A DNA stretch of 64,000 nucleotides from Azolla caroliniana (lineage: Eukaryota > Plantae > Polypodiophyta): assembly GCA_043228905.1 (NCBI GenBank), contig JBHGNT010000017.1, forward strand, positions 17,112,001-17,176,000, in the 5' to 3' direction. This document shows, piece by piece, positions 1-11,991 of this stretch. Positions within the stretch are counted from its first letter, which is position 1. Each line of letters starts with the position of its first letter. The notes beneath the pieces were generated by a model, which ran no database searches, was not told the DNA's origin, and worked only from the letters and a program-made list of their open reading frames with translations. Made by a program: the position numbers and the translations under genes.

Positions 1-9
1 ACATCCTTA

Positions 10-375
10 AAAATTTGTGGAAGATGCTGTCTTAAAAATTCTCCAATGCATTTCTCCCTTTCTGTCTGAAAAATTGTTTTTGTGAGGAGAACAATCCACA
101 TCGTTAGAAATGTGCTGAAAATGCTGTCTTAAAATTCTCCAATGCATTTCTCCCTTTCTGTATGAGTAATGTTTTTGTGAGGAGAACAATCCACATCGTT
201 AGAAATGTGCTGAAAATGCTGTCTTAAAATTCTCCAATGCATTTCTCCCTTTCTGTATGACTAATGTTTTTGTGAGGAGAACAATCCACATCGTTAGAAA
301 TTTGTGGAAAATGCTGTCTTCAAAATTCTTCACTGCATTTCTCTCTTTCTGTATGACTAATGTTTTTGTGAGGAA
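10..375. repeat. ~95-bp tandem repeat, ~4 copies (may continue left of the window)
   Basis: Unit ATGCTGTCTTAAAATTCTCCAATGCATTTCTCCCTTTCTGTATGA...GAGAACAATCCACATCGTTAGAAATGTGCTGAAA restarts at 25, 121, 216 and 311. Confidence 0.9.
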
Positions 376-3164
376 TCTGCGAAGTTCAACTCGCTCGCGC
401 GCATCCACATTTCTTGTACCTCTTACAAAGCTCAAGCGTAGGTTTTTCTGCTGTCTTTAGGGTTTTCGCTGATCTCGTGATTCCCTATTTTGATTTTGCT
501 TCTGCTTTTCTAAAAGAAATTGTGTGCTCTAACTAGAAATTCCATGTTCAATGCTCTCGTGAACATTAACTTTCGTTCTTCTTTTTTTCGCCGAGCTATT
601 GTTTATTGCCGTAATTATGACTTTGCCATTGTTCAGTCCTCTCGTGATTACCTACTTCTTTTTTCTGTTTCCTATGCACCTAACTGAAAGTGTCTTCTAC
701 AATTAGGGCTCCTCCAAGGGCTAGCAGCGAGTGTATTAAATCGCTTCTTCAATGGATTGAAGATCTGATATTAAGGATTGTGGAGTGCCTTATGGACATA
801 TTGAGAACGCAATGGAAGCTCGCACGCAATCTTTCCGATGATTTACTTACATGAGCTTCGTGATGGATGTGAAGGCTCCTCTCCGTGTCCGATGACTAGA
901 ATCAGGAATGTAAATCATGTAACGGCTTTGTCTAACTGTTACAGGGGAACCGATTCAGCGTTTGTTTCAATTGGTAAATTGTACGATCTGAATCCTGGAT
1001 CTTCTGTATTGATAATTGTTCAGATATTGATAGTTATGCTTTCGTATTCCTTGTCTACATGATTTATTTCATAGGTTAGATTTATTACTTTGTCCAATTA
1101 ATTCTCAACTTTGCATTTCAAAATCTAGTATCGACCTATTTTTGGACTGATGACATAATAAGTAGAGGGAAATTTTCACCTGCAAGTGCTCCATATCATA
1201 TTTACATATCTTTCAAACCAGACTCATCCACCATCATATCTGTGTTGTTTATAACATTGTCGTCCTTCTCCCTCTTTCCCTTATGTATTTCTCGTTTGGA
1301 TCCACCAGATCCCAATACTATATCCATTGTGCCTGTATGTTAAATGCAGTGTACTTTTCATGATTGAAGGTTCTCTTTTAAACATCAGGTTAATTAAATG
1401 CCGTGGTTTTGCTCACACAGTAGTTAACGTGAAAGTTAATAAGGAATCCTTAGGTTTTTGGATGAAAGAGATGAAAAAACCGTAGTGAGATGAAGTTCAG
1501 AAAGCGATAATTAACACAAAGACTCAAATATATCTGCTTGAAATTATTTCTAGATTTCTAAGTGTCTTCAACAGGTAATCGGAATTGCAATTTGACTTCC
1601 AGAGGTGTACATCAAGAATCTAAAATTGGATTCCCTGTTATACCTTGTACCAAATTCATCATCTCGTTGATCATCTTCTGTTAGGTGGCCTGAGACCGGC
1701 TGTTGTCTCACTCGAGTAGCACACCTACATGCCACACATAATTGTTGTTATATGATCTTGATTGGGATCAATATAAACAACCATCCGTAGGCTTAGATCA
1801 TTTTGTAAAATATCTTATTAATAACACTTTAATCATGATTACGACTTGGGAAAAATGTGGAACCGTTAAAAAACTTTCGAAATTCAACTAAATGCAACCA
1901 AACCACTGTCACTGTTAAATCCAACTGGTTTTAACCAAGTTTGAATCGTTAAACCATTAAACTCTTAAAATCGCAGTTTCATCGTCCGGGATCGTTTTTA
2001 AAGTTACGTAAAAATTTTAATTTTTAAAATTTTAAAGTATTTAGATATTTTTAAAGATATTTTTAAAAAAATATCTATGACTGGTTAATATGTATGTGGT
2101 TTTTAGTTGTAGAAACCGAAACGTTTAAAGAAAACCTGAATCTGAACCGAACTCAACCATTCAAACGGTGAAGCCATGTTTTCTCGGTTTTCTTGCTGAT
2201 TGTTAATTGTGATAAAGGTGAACAACCATCTTTACATGTATAGATTACTTGAAAAGAAAATCTAAAAAATGTATTGTAAATATACGAATATAGCTGTAAA
2301 TCAATCTAAAATGTCCTCATAGGAGCCTATGTCTAAATCACTCTAAATTGCCATGCACTGTCCAGATTTATATATGTATGTAGATAGATAGTAGGGGAAG
2401 GGTATGGGATGGAATTACAGAAACAAGAGAATTACAGCAGAGGAAGGAAGAGATGGTGGAGCTTTGGTTGATGATTGCCATATCCTGCCATATCCTGCTA
2501 TGCGATGCAGGAAGGAAGAGATGAAGCTTCATTGATGATTGTCATAGGCACACAGAGAGACCGAGAGGTGGGGCGCCTGTAGCTCTTGCTGTTGTGTATT
2601 AAATCAAAGAGAAAGATCCTGCTAGATTATGCTCTTAGCCATGTCCTCAACCCTGAACGCATTTATATAGCCATACAGATTTGACAGATAAGCACGATCT
2701 GTACAATTGATTAAGTAGACTGTGGAGAGATTACCATTCCGTGTGCTCTGCAGAATTTCCGATACCTGCAGACTACTTTATTATGCCTGCGCTACTCTAC
2801 TCTGTTTCGAGGCCCAATCTGTATGGGTTTGTATGACGGCGATCCACCGTTGCATTTTAGAACTGAAAGCAGAGCTCGGTGGAGAGACACCTAATGGATT
2901 TATTGAGATGGAAATGGAAGGATTGCAGTTGACTTGTACAATGAGGTTCTCCTCATCAAACCTATCCTGTCTGCCTACAGTAGCGAACTTTCGTGACGGA
3001 TGTGAATTCATCTTTCTGTAGCTGATGTTGTCATTCTGGATGGAAATCATATACCCTTCCATTGCAGCTTCAGACGCCATTACTGTTTCTGTATGACTGG
3101 TAGACATGAAACATTTGAGTTTGTATTCCCCGAAGATTAATGGATTCATTGGCTTAACTCGTAT

Positions 3165-3530
3165 GAATTTTGATGTTTTGTATCTACTATCGTCTGAGTG
3201 TACTAGGCTATGCTTTCATAATCATTTTCGCCATCTCTAATTTCTACAGTTTTTGTGTTAAGTGCATTCCATTACTTCGAATAACACAGGCCATGGTGTT
3301 TCTACATCGACAGAACCTCTAAATCTTGTTATGGATTCACTGGCTTTTAACTCAAACGAATTTTGATGTTTTGTATCGTCTGAATGTACATCTGTGCAGA
3401 ATTCAATGGCTATGCTTTCATAATCATTTTCGCTATCTCTAATTTCTACGGCTTTTGGCATAAGGGTATTGCATTACTTCCAATAATAACAGGGCCATGG
3501 CCTTTCTCCATTGACAGAAGCTCTAAATCA
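3165..3530. repeat. Degenerate ~190-bp tandem duplication
   Basis: GAATTTTGATGTTTTGTATC...GGCTATGCTTTCATAATCATTTTCGC...GGCCATGG...GACAGAA.CTCTAAATC occurs at ~3165 and ~3358. Confidence 0.8.
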
Positions 3531-5533
3531 TATTCTGGTATAGAGAATTATTTCAGATGTTATCATAATATGCAAAAAATCACTTTCTTTGCAGGCAGGA
3601 AATTCGATCGACTTCGTTATTGCCAAAATAATAACAATTTTGTCTGATGATTGTCAATTAATTCCATTCTGCTCATAATTTTATTGCAAGCACTTTTGGC
3701 CTCATTCCATGGAGCAAATGTGCCTTTTCGATTTTTTGCATCTCAATTATATTGGTTTTGGTCAACTGCTTGCGAACAAAACAAGGCAACAATTTGTCAA
3801 GAAAAAGAATATTTTCCTTCTGGCTTTTTTACTCTTCAATTAATGACAAATAGACCTTTTCACCTCTTTTGTGACCCATTCATGGAGAGAAATTCTAATG
3901 AACATGTTCTAATAAAAGACTTCTCTGAACATATTTTACGAATTTCTAGCTTCTAACTCATTCTATATCGACTAATATCTAAAAGCGTGGGATCATATTT
4001 CCATCTTTCACACTAGGCCCTCTTTTGAGATCTTTTTTTAGGGAGTTCAAATCGAGGAATTCAAGCTACATGAAACTCTTAATTGAAGCAGTCCTTGTTC
4101 GGATGAGAAAATGCTCGAGGAAAGTGTAGCTCGAGGAAAATCTTTGGTTGTAAGAACCCATATAATTATGTAACTTTACACAAGAACGATATCAAACATT
4201 GATATGTGAAAGAAGAAGACATAGTAGGAAAACGTAGAATCCAAAACCTTGGCTCACAGGAATGGAAAAAAAGCAAAACATTGTAACAGATTATTCAGTC
4301 TAAACCCTAAATCCTATATATATATATATGCACATTTTGCTTCATACAAGTTGGGCAGTTAGAGTATTATCAAACTTTGATATAATACTTTGCCTTTGAT
4401 TATATTCAACTATGCTTTCCACGCATCTTCGACTAAAGCCAATCCTTACACGGATTCCTCTTAGAATCACAATGTGCACTCTTGATTGTAACATTCATTG
4501 GTAAAGTTAGTGAGCATTGGGAGTTGCTACTCACTTTCAGATGTATTACTTGAAATGTAATATTTTTGTTCTCGTAGGTCATATTTGACCTATGAAGACA
4601 ATAATTGAATCTATCTATCTATTCATATCTCATTTTTATTGAGATTAATGTTAAGCATTGTACTCCAACCTTACATGAATCCTTTTGTGTGTGATTGTGG
4701 TTTTCCAAATTAATTGACGCATGTGCTCTTGTGTATCGTTAACGAGATAGGTTAAATGATTAAGCCATATTGTGATGTTGATTGATTTCTTAGTTTTTGT
4801 AAATAGTATAGAAGGGAGAGGATGATTTTTCTTAAGTCATAGCACATGAGTATTTTTAAATTGAGAGTGCTTCACAACTATACACTTGCATGTTTCACCA
4901 CCTTTTTGTTGGCGAAACTCTACAACTATTATCTCATAACATTAACACTTTAAGGAGACAATGTCTAATCTAAAGAAAGGCATGTATTTGGTGCACCACC
5001 TAAAACTGTCACATGTTGCCATTTCATACAACGGCTCCATTCATGTGACTAATATACACTTCATGGTGGAACATTATCTCATCATTACGCTTGAATATTC
5101 AATTCATTGGATTGTGTCCCCCTTCTATTATAACTAGTTCTAAGGCCTACATAAGTATGTTTTTTCTTCCTATTTGACATTATGGTATTCCAGCCATTTC
5201 AAGTGTTGCAACTAGCCGACAATGTGGAAGTAAATTTCATTAAGCTCAAGCATGTCACAAACTTCATCCAACTCGAGGCACTTCCCATCCAATAACTCAA
5301 AGGTTACAAATCCACCATCAATTACTATGCATTGGTGGGAATTTCTTGGTATTATAGTGTTGAATCAAGTAACCTCATAGCTAGTCAACCATCCACACTG
5401 TCATGTCGTGTGGAAAGATATATCCAAATCCATGTGTGAAATACCTCGTGTGCTAGGAGAATAAATTATTATAATTTATACTACATAGATATTAGAGTCT
5501 GACTTATCAAAACATTTGAAACTAAAAAATGGA
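3365..5533 (+). repeat. 2.2-kb direct duplication, copy 1
   Basis: Colinear with 11992-14248 from GATGTTTTGTATC to AAACTAAAAAATGGA. The near-identical ORF translations at 3651 and 12275 (MSINSILL...) come from this duplication. Confidence 0.92.
4330..4605 (+). mobile_element. 5'-truncated LINE 3'-end fragment (same family as the 33985-38460 LINE)
   Basis: Ends in TAGGTCATATTTGACCTATGAAGACAATAA. Homologous to 13052-13323 and to the reverse complements of 15049-15420 and 33985-34370. Confidence 0.75.
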
Positions 5534-6715
5534 TTATGTGTACTGCTGTAAGTAATGCCTCTACGCAGAAGCCAACCCATAGTTCAGAGTGTTGGAGCAT
5601 GGAAACTATCCTTTCTCGAATTGTCTTATTCATCCACTTAGCAATTCTGTATATTCATGTATTATGCCACATTGTCATCAAAATTTGACGAATTCTTCAG
5701 ATTTGAACTCTCCTCCATTATCGGTCCGAAGACATTTGAGTTTGCGACCAGACTAATTTTCGACCATAGGGAGCCAATCGGAAAAGATCGAGAACGCTCG
5801 ATCTTTAGTCTTTATCGGATAAGCCCACACCTTTCGAGTTGAGTCGTTGATAAAGCTGACGAAGTACGATGCACCGCCGAGAGACTGATATGGCATAGGG
5901 CCACAGACATCCGACTAGACCAAATCGAGTGGACTCAATTCTCTCGGTGTTGTCGTCGAGTGTGAGGTCGCGGCTTGTTTGCCGTACTGGCAATGCGTGC
6001 AAAACTGATGGTCCGAAAAAGAGAGTTTGTGATGTTTAACGGGTACAACGAATGTACTTTTGGTCCTCGAGAAAGTAGGAGGTTCCCCCTATGGAGTGTC
6101 CACCCACCTGATGAGAAGTTGGCATGGATGTCGTCCTAATCCAATTGTCCGATAGAGATCAAGGGTCTTGAGAGCTCAGGTACATGTCGGATATTATGTA
6201 GTACCAATGTAGAGCCACATGGAAGGTTGAGCTCTACTGTGTCGATTCTGATTATCGCGCAATGTTGCGAATTTTCGACTCAAACTGAGTTGGAATGTTG
6301 GGCTGAGAATTGCCGAAATTGGGATTGATGAGGGGTTACATGAAAGGATGCACCCGAATCCAAGAGCCATACTTCTGATTCGACTATGTTTTCAATGGAT
6401 AGAATGTTCGGGTCATTCAACAATACTTTGGTTGAAGCGCCGACGTAGTTGACCTCCTCATGCCAACCACTCTTTTGATCAGCTCACTAAGCCTTATCAT
6501 TATTAGCCTTGAGTGTGTGGAAATTGGCTTTGATGTATCCGAGTTTCTTACAGTAGTTACAGCCTCGATTATCTCGGGACTTGCTTCGACTTCGTTGGTT
6601 ATTCGGTTGTCGTGAAGAACCTCTTCCTCGGTTGTTCAATTGGTCAGTCGAACCTTGTACTACATAGGCATCATTGGCCGAATTGTTTGCAAATGATTTT
6701 CTTCGAGTTGCTTTA
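5534..6715 (-). mobile_element. Degenerate Ty1/Copia fragment (gag zinc knuckle, protease, integrase), Tnt1/Tork-like
   Basis: Minus-strand translation gives a degenerate CCHC knuckle GCNYCKKLGYIKANFH (~6550), protease WLLDSGASFHVTP (~6350), and integrase SDVCGPMPYQSLGGASYFVSFINDSTRKVWAY, LRTDNGGEFKSEEF and FCVEALLTAVHII. It has stops and deletions. Confidence 0.85.
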
Positions 6716-9700
6716 GTCAGATTGGGGATAAGGTGTCAGCACACGAGCTATATTTCGGACGAAAACCGAATTTTAGGCACCTTAGGATATTCGGTAGCAT
6801 TTCCTATGTGCATGTGCCGGATGAGAAAAGGAGGAAGTTGGACCCGAAGTCGGAGAATTGCATTTTTGTCAACTACTCTCATGAGCAGAAGGGGTACAAG
6901 TGCTACAACCCGCGGTCTAAGCAAGTACGAGTAAGCCAAGATGTCGAATTTGACGAGTCGGCATCCTGATACTCTCTACCGATTCCAACCCCCGACTCCA
7001 ACCTGATTCTGGAGGATCAAGCCAGTGAGCTGGAGATGATCGGGGCAGAAGACAAAGAAGACAACGGTACTCTAGACAAGAGTCCGATCTCATTCCGGCT
7101 AAGTAGGCCAAATGAGTGATTGAGTCGAATCGACCAGTGAGATGAAGAGCCGGCGAGTAGTGGAGACTCAATCATGCTTTCCCCCCGTAAGGAACCGAGG
7201 AGACAGTTCACGCGCAAAGAGAAAGGGAAGAACAAGATGGCAGAATATGACACCTTCAGGAAAGAGTCAGATCAGAGCGAGTCTAACTCCAGATGGTGTG
7301 AAGACAGACCTTCGGAGATGAAGTACGAGTCAGCCAAGAAGGCCTCGAAATCGGCTAACGAGAAGTTACGCCGATCCACTCGCCAAAAGAACCCCATAAA
7401 GAGGTACGAATACAATTAGTACATGGCGCATCACTATGCGTACATGACAAAAGTGGCGGAAGTGCGTGAGCCGGACAGCTACGTAGATGCAGTAGAGGAC
7501 GTGAATTGGTGTGCCGTTATGGAGGAAGAGATGCGGGTACTTGATGCCAACTATACATGGCACCTAGTTGATCCTCCCTTACATTGCAAACCAATCGGTT
7601 GCAAGTGGGTGTACAAGGTAAACTATAATGTTGATGATTTGGTCAATCGATACAAGGCTCGGTTAGTGGCGAAGGGATACGCACAGACCCAAGAATCAAA
7701 TATGACGAGATCTTCGCTCCGGTAGCGAAGATGACGACAGTTTGTGTGGTGCTAGAGGTTGTTGCGCCAAGGGGATGGCATCTTCACCAAATAGACATGA
7801 AGAATGCATTTCTTCAAGGAGATCTTGAAGAACATGTCTACATGATCCAGCCCCCCGGATTTCAGTCGAAGATGAACAGGTTGGTAGTGTGCCGACTCAA
7901 GAAGTCGGTTTACAGCCTGAAGCAAGCCCCCCGTGCTTGGAATTCGAAGATCACACACCGGTTGCGTAAGATGGGGTTTGCGACCTCGAAATCTGACTCT
8001 TCGTTGTTCATCCGGAAAGATCCTGAAGGTCCAATATGTATTTTATTGTATGTCGACGACTTGGTCATTACCAAACCCGACCTCACTGAAATCGGCTGAG
8101 TGAAGTCCCAATTGTCGGATGCATTCGAAATGAAGGACCTAGGGACCTTCATTACTTCCTCGGGATCGAAGTGATCCCCACCCCCAATGGCGTATTGCTC
8201 TCACAACGATATTATGTGCTCAATATGTTGTACAAGTTCGGCATGACCGATTGCCGACTAATGTCCACACCCTTGGACCGGAACTTGAAGCTTCGTCCTA
8301 ACTCCGAACCGGCCTGCATCGAGAAACGGTTCCGACAAATTGTTGGAAGCCTTATTTACTTAACGATCACCCGACCCGAAATCAGCTATCAGGTCAGGAT
8401 GATAAGTCAATTTATGCAGAATCTGATCGTGGAGCATCTTCAGTGCGTGCACCGAATACTCAGGTATGTTAGCAGCACAAAGGACCAGGGACTGTTACAC
8501 TGACACGGTATAACCGAAAAGCTAGTCGGATATACGGATGCTGATTGGGCCTGTGATGTGTCGGATCGTCGGTTCACTTCCGGTTACGTGTTCTCTCTAG
8601 GTAGCGCGGATGTTGCGTGGAGCAGCAAAAAGCAGCATACTATGGCTCTATCGAGAACTAAGGCTAAGTATCAGGGCACTACTATTGCCACTTGGGAAGC
8701 CATATGGCTTCGACAACTACTGCAAGACCTCTGGATTGAAGTCCCAACTCCCGATCTACTACAACAACATGAGCAACATGCAACTAGCCAAGAACCCCGT
8801 GTTCCATGCTCGGACGAAGCACATAGAAGTGCATTACAACTTTGTACGCGAGCGGGTCCTCACCGGTGAAGTCAAACTCCGGTATGTCCAGACGGATCGA
8901 CATGTTGCTAACATCTTGACCAAGGCACTTGGAACCGACAAGTTTCAGCATTTTTTGGAGATGCTTGGTCTTCAGCATCTCTACATGCCGCACACGAGGG
9001 GGAGAACTGGTACTGATACGGGGAGAACCAAAACGGAAACAACAAAAACAGGTAATGGCACCAGACAAAGAGCCGAAAAGAAGGAAACAACCCAAACTAG
9101 GGGAGACAAGAAGGAAAGGAGAGTTGAGTCGATTGAGGAAGTCGGCAAATCCGATCAAGTCGGAACAAGCGGCAACGACGGTAGAGGCAAGAAGGACAGA
9201 GCCAACAAGAAGGTGAATGCCAAGACCTGAATGTGTTCTGATGTGGTAAAGGGCCTGAAGATCGAGGACGAATTGGAGACAACCAATTCGGACAAGAGTT
9301 GGAATGAATCAGAGGCAGCCGATTTGAAAGAGTTCAATTCGGAGGAGCTGAATCAACTGGAGGCCAAGTAGACACAAAAGCAGCAGAAGTTAACACCAAC
9401 GGAGCACCGAAGTCACAACAACAAAGGAGCTGAGATGGACCTAATGAGCAGACAAGTCGACCGAGAAGGTCGAGGAGCGCAGAACCGGACGGGTTGTGGG
9501 AAGTGGGACCGGACAAAACGCAGAGCGCAAGCAAGGTGGGAAGATGCCAGGAGGAGCCGGAGGGAAGGATTGGGAAACGTTGACATCTCGATCCGACCTC
9601 AAGTTGAGCTTGAGGGGGAGTGTTGAGCAGACAAACTCAACTGGATCCGAATCAGCTGAATAAGCCTGAGATGGATCGGTATACAGAATGGAGAACTTGA

Positions 9701-10032
9701 TAGGTATCCAGATCGGTATCAGAGAGATAGATCGGATTGTAATCGGTAGGCTGTTAGAGGCCTACAATCTTAGCCTAGTACCTAGGCATATTCCTTGGAG
9801 TTAGTGTCAGTCGCTCGTATGAGCATTGAAGTACATGCTAGTACTTCTGTCAGTCCTTTAAGGACTTGTATAAAAAGTGTTCTATAGGACATTGTATGTA
9901 ATAGAGAGTTAGTATTTTCAATTTGGTTAATGTTGTTCTACTCTCTCTCACTCTCCATCTGTGAGATTCAAGCTTCCATTCAACCTTGTCTCTGTTTTCT
10001 GTTGCTATCCAAGTAAGCGGATTTCATCTACA
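6716..10032 (+). mobile_element. 5'-truncated, frameshifted Ty1/Copia element: integrase C-terminus, RT, RNase H, PPT and 3' LTR
   Basis: Motifs SAHELYFGRKP..KLDPKSENCIF, YKARLVAKGY, DMKNAFLQG, LYVDDL, GYTDADWA and HARTKHIEVHYNFVRE. PPT GAGGGGGAG at 9612-9620 is followed by an LTR starting TGTTG. Confidence 0.93.
9621..10032 (+). repeat. 3' LTR of the Copia element
   Basis: Starts TGTTGA immediately after the PPT, contains a TATA-like TATAAAAA (~9869) and ends TCTACA. LINE RT sequence follows directly. Confidence 0.75.
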
Positions 10033-11991
10033 AGCTTCTGTGTATTAACTTTGACAAACATTCACAATTGAGGAGCTCTTGGAGGCTTGAAAGAGCCTCG
10101 GGAAAGGCAAAGCGCTTGGTTGGGATGGGTATTATGTTAGAGTTCATTGTAGAATTTTGGGATGTCCTTAAGGATTTAATCCTATCTATGGCAAATAATG
10201 CTTGGCAACAATAGGATATGCCGATCTCATGGAAAGAAGGTTTGGTCAAATTAATACCCAAAAAGAAATTGTGTGAATCTTTTTTGGATTGGCGACCAAT
10301 CACTCTCATGCCAATGATCTATAAACTTATTGCAAAGATAATTGCTAATTGTATTAAGGACACTTTGTTGGGAGGCATCCACGTAAACCAGTATAGGTTC
10401 ATTCCCCGAAGGTAAGTTACATATAATATTGTTAATGCTTATATTGGAATAATGTATGCCAAATATACCAAATAAGATGTATTGCTCATGCAAGTTGTCA
10501 TTGGAAAGGCCTTTGACACAATCCAATGGGATTTTGTGGCAACCACAATGGTCAAACGAGGATTTGGTCCAAAAATGTCTCAAGTAATTTATTGGCTTTA
10601 TGTGTCTAGCACATCTTCATGCATTATTGAGGGTGAATTGACATATTCATGGAGCTTAGCCAAATCAGTATGACAAGGTTGTCTTGTAAGTGCATTGTTG
10701 TATGCAATCACAACTCATCCACTACTATTGTACATGGATCATCTAGTATCAATTGGTCAACTTCATGGTTTGCAAATGAAAGACGAACATGATTTCGTGG
10801 CTCGGGTATATGCAGATGATACAGCATTCCTGTCACAAAACAATCCAAATGATATGAGGGTGATTATGGATGCCCTCAAATTGTATGGATTAGCTACTAG
10901 GTTGCATGTTAACTTCAATAAGTTCAAACTTCTACCCTTGACGTTATATAGTTGGCATCAACTTTTGTGGCTAGGTCAAGTTGTTAGCCCAAATGAAATG
11001 GTTAGACATCTTGGCTATCCATTGGGATGGAATGCAACAGGGAAAAGAAAGGTTGAATGATTTCTGCAAAAAAGGAGACAAAAGCTAAGCTATTGGAAGA
11101 TTGCAACATGGCCACTCCATGTCAGATTGAGGATAGTGCAATCTATATTCATGGCTTACATGTGGTATTACTTAATTATGATTGATTCACCGAAACATAT
11201 GATACAAAAGATTAACTCTGAAATCATAAGCAACTTTTGGTGCTCTAAGTAGTCGCATAGAGGTATATGACTCCTATCACTATAGAAGATATGCATTCCA
11301 CGATTGAGTGGAAGGCTAAATTTTCTTTATTTGCATCTGCGTATGTTGGCTAGAAAAGCTGCTTTTTTGCCAAAATTTGCTGAAAAAACATTGCCTTGGG
11401 CAAGAATGTTATCTGATATGTTTGATCATTTGAAAACCAAGTCATTTGGCTCATGGGATACTAACCATTAGGATGTCGTGTTTGGAAAGCTTGACGGGCA
11501 CATCAAAGGTTGTTCGTTTAGGTCAAAGCTTCTAAAGCACTGGAAGGAAGTATTGCACCACATAAAATGGAGAGGTAGGGATTCAGAATTAGGGAATGCT
11601 TTATGCCTCGAAAGCTTACACTAGAGTGGTATATTCCCACACTCACTAGCTGAACAAGAGCGTAGGAAAGCTTATTTTTTAGCAAAGAAGAGGCTAAAAC
11701 CAATTGCAGATGTGGTAAATGACCAAGGTCACTTATTGCACTTCAATGACATGACATGTCATTATAGTCTTGGGTCACATCATCGCATTATCGGAATCAA
11801 GTCATAGAGATGGAACTTTCCTTAGTAACTGTGCCACCTCTAAATGGAGATTGCAAGATTCAAGATTGGATGTTACAAAAAGGGGACATTGTTATTCCAA
11901 TGCATAACATTACAACACATTCAGTGTATATGTTGTTGCAACATGTCCCATGGATTCACGAACATGGAAATGCATTATGGAACCTACAAAA
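10033..11991 (+). mobile_element. Degenerate L1-type LINE reverse-transcriptase fragment
   Basis: Motifs SWKEGLVKLIPKK, DWRPITLMP, KAFDTIQWDF, VYADDTAF, GLHVNFNK-like and VRHLGYPLG, with multiple stops. Confidence 0.85.

Noticed and set aside
10-375. 95-bp repeat as a CRISPR-like array
   Set aside because: The units are contiguous near-copies with no unique spacers, the context is eukaryotic, and there are no cas genes.
2359-2686. Possible solo LTR (TGTC...GACA)
   Set aside because: There is no matching TSD, and the TATA box is too close to the putative end.
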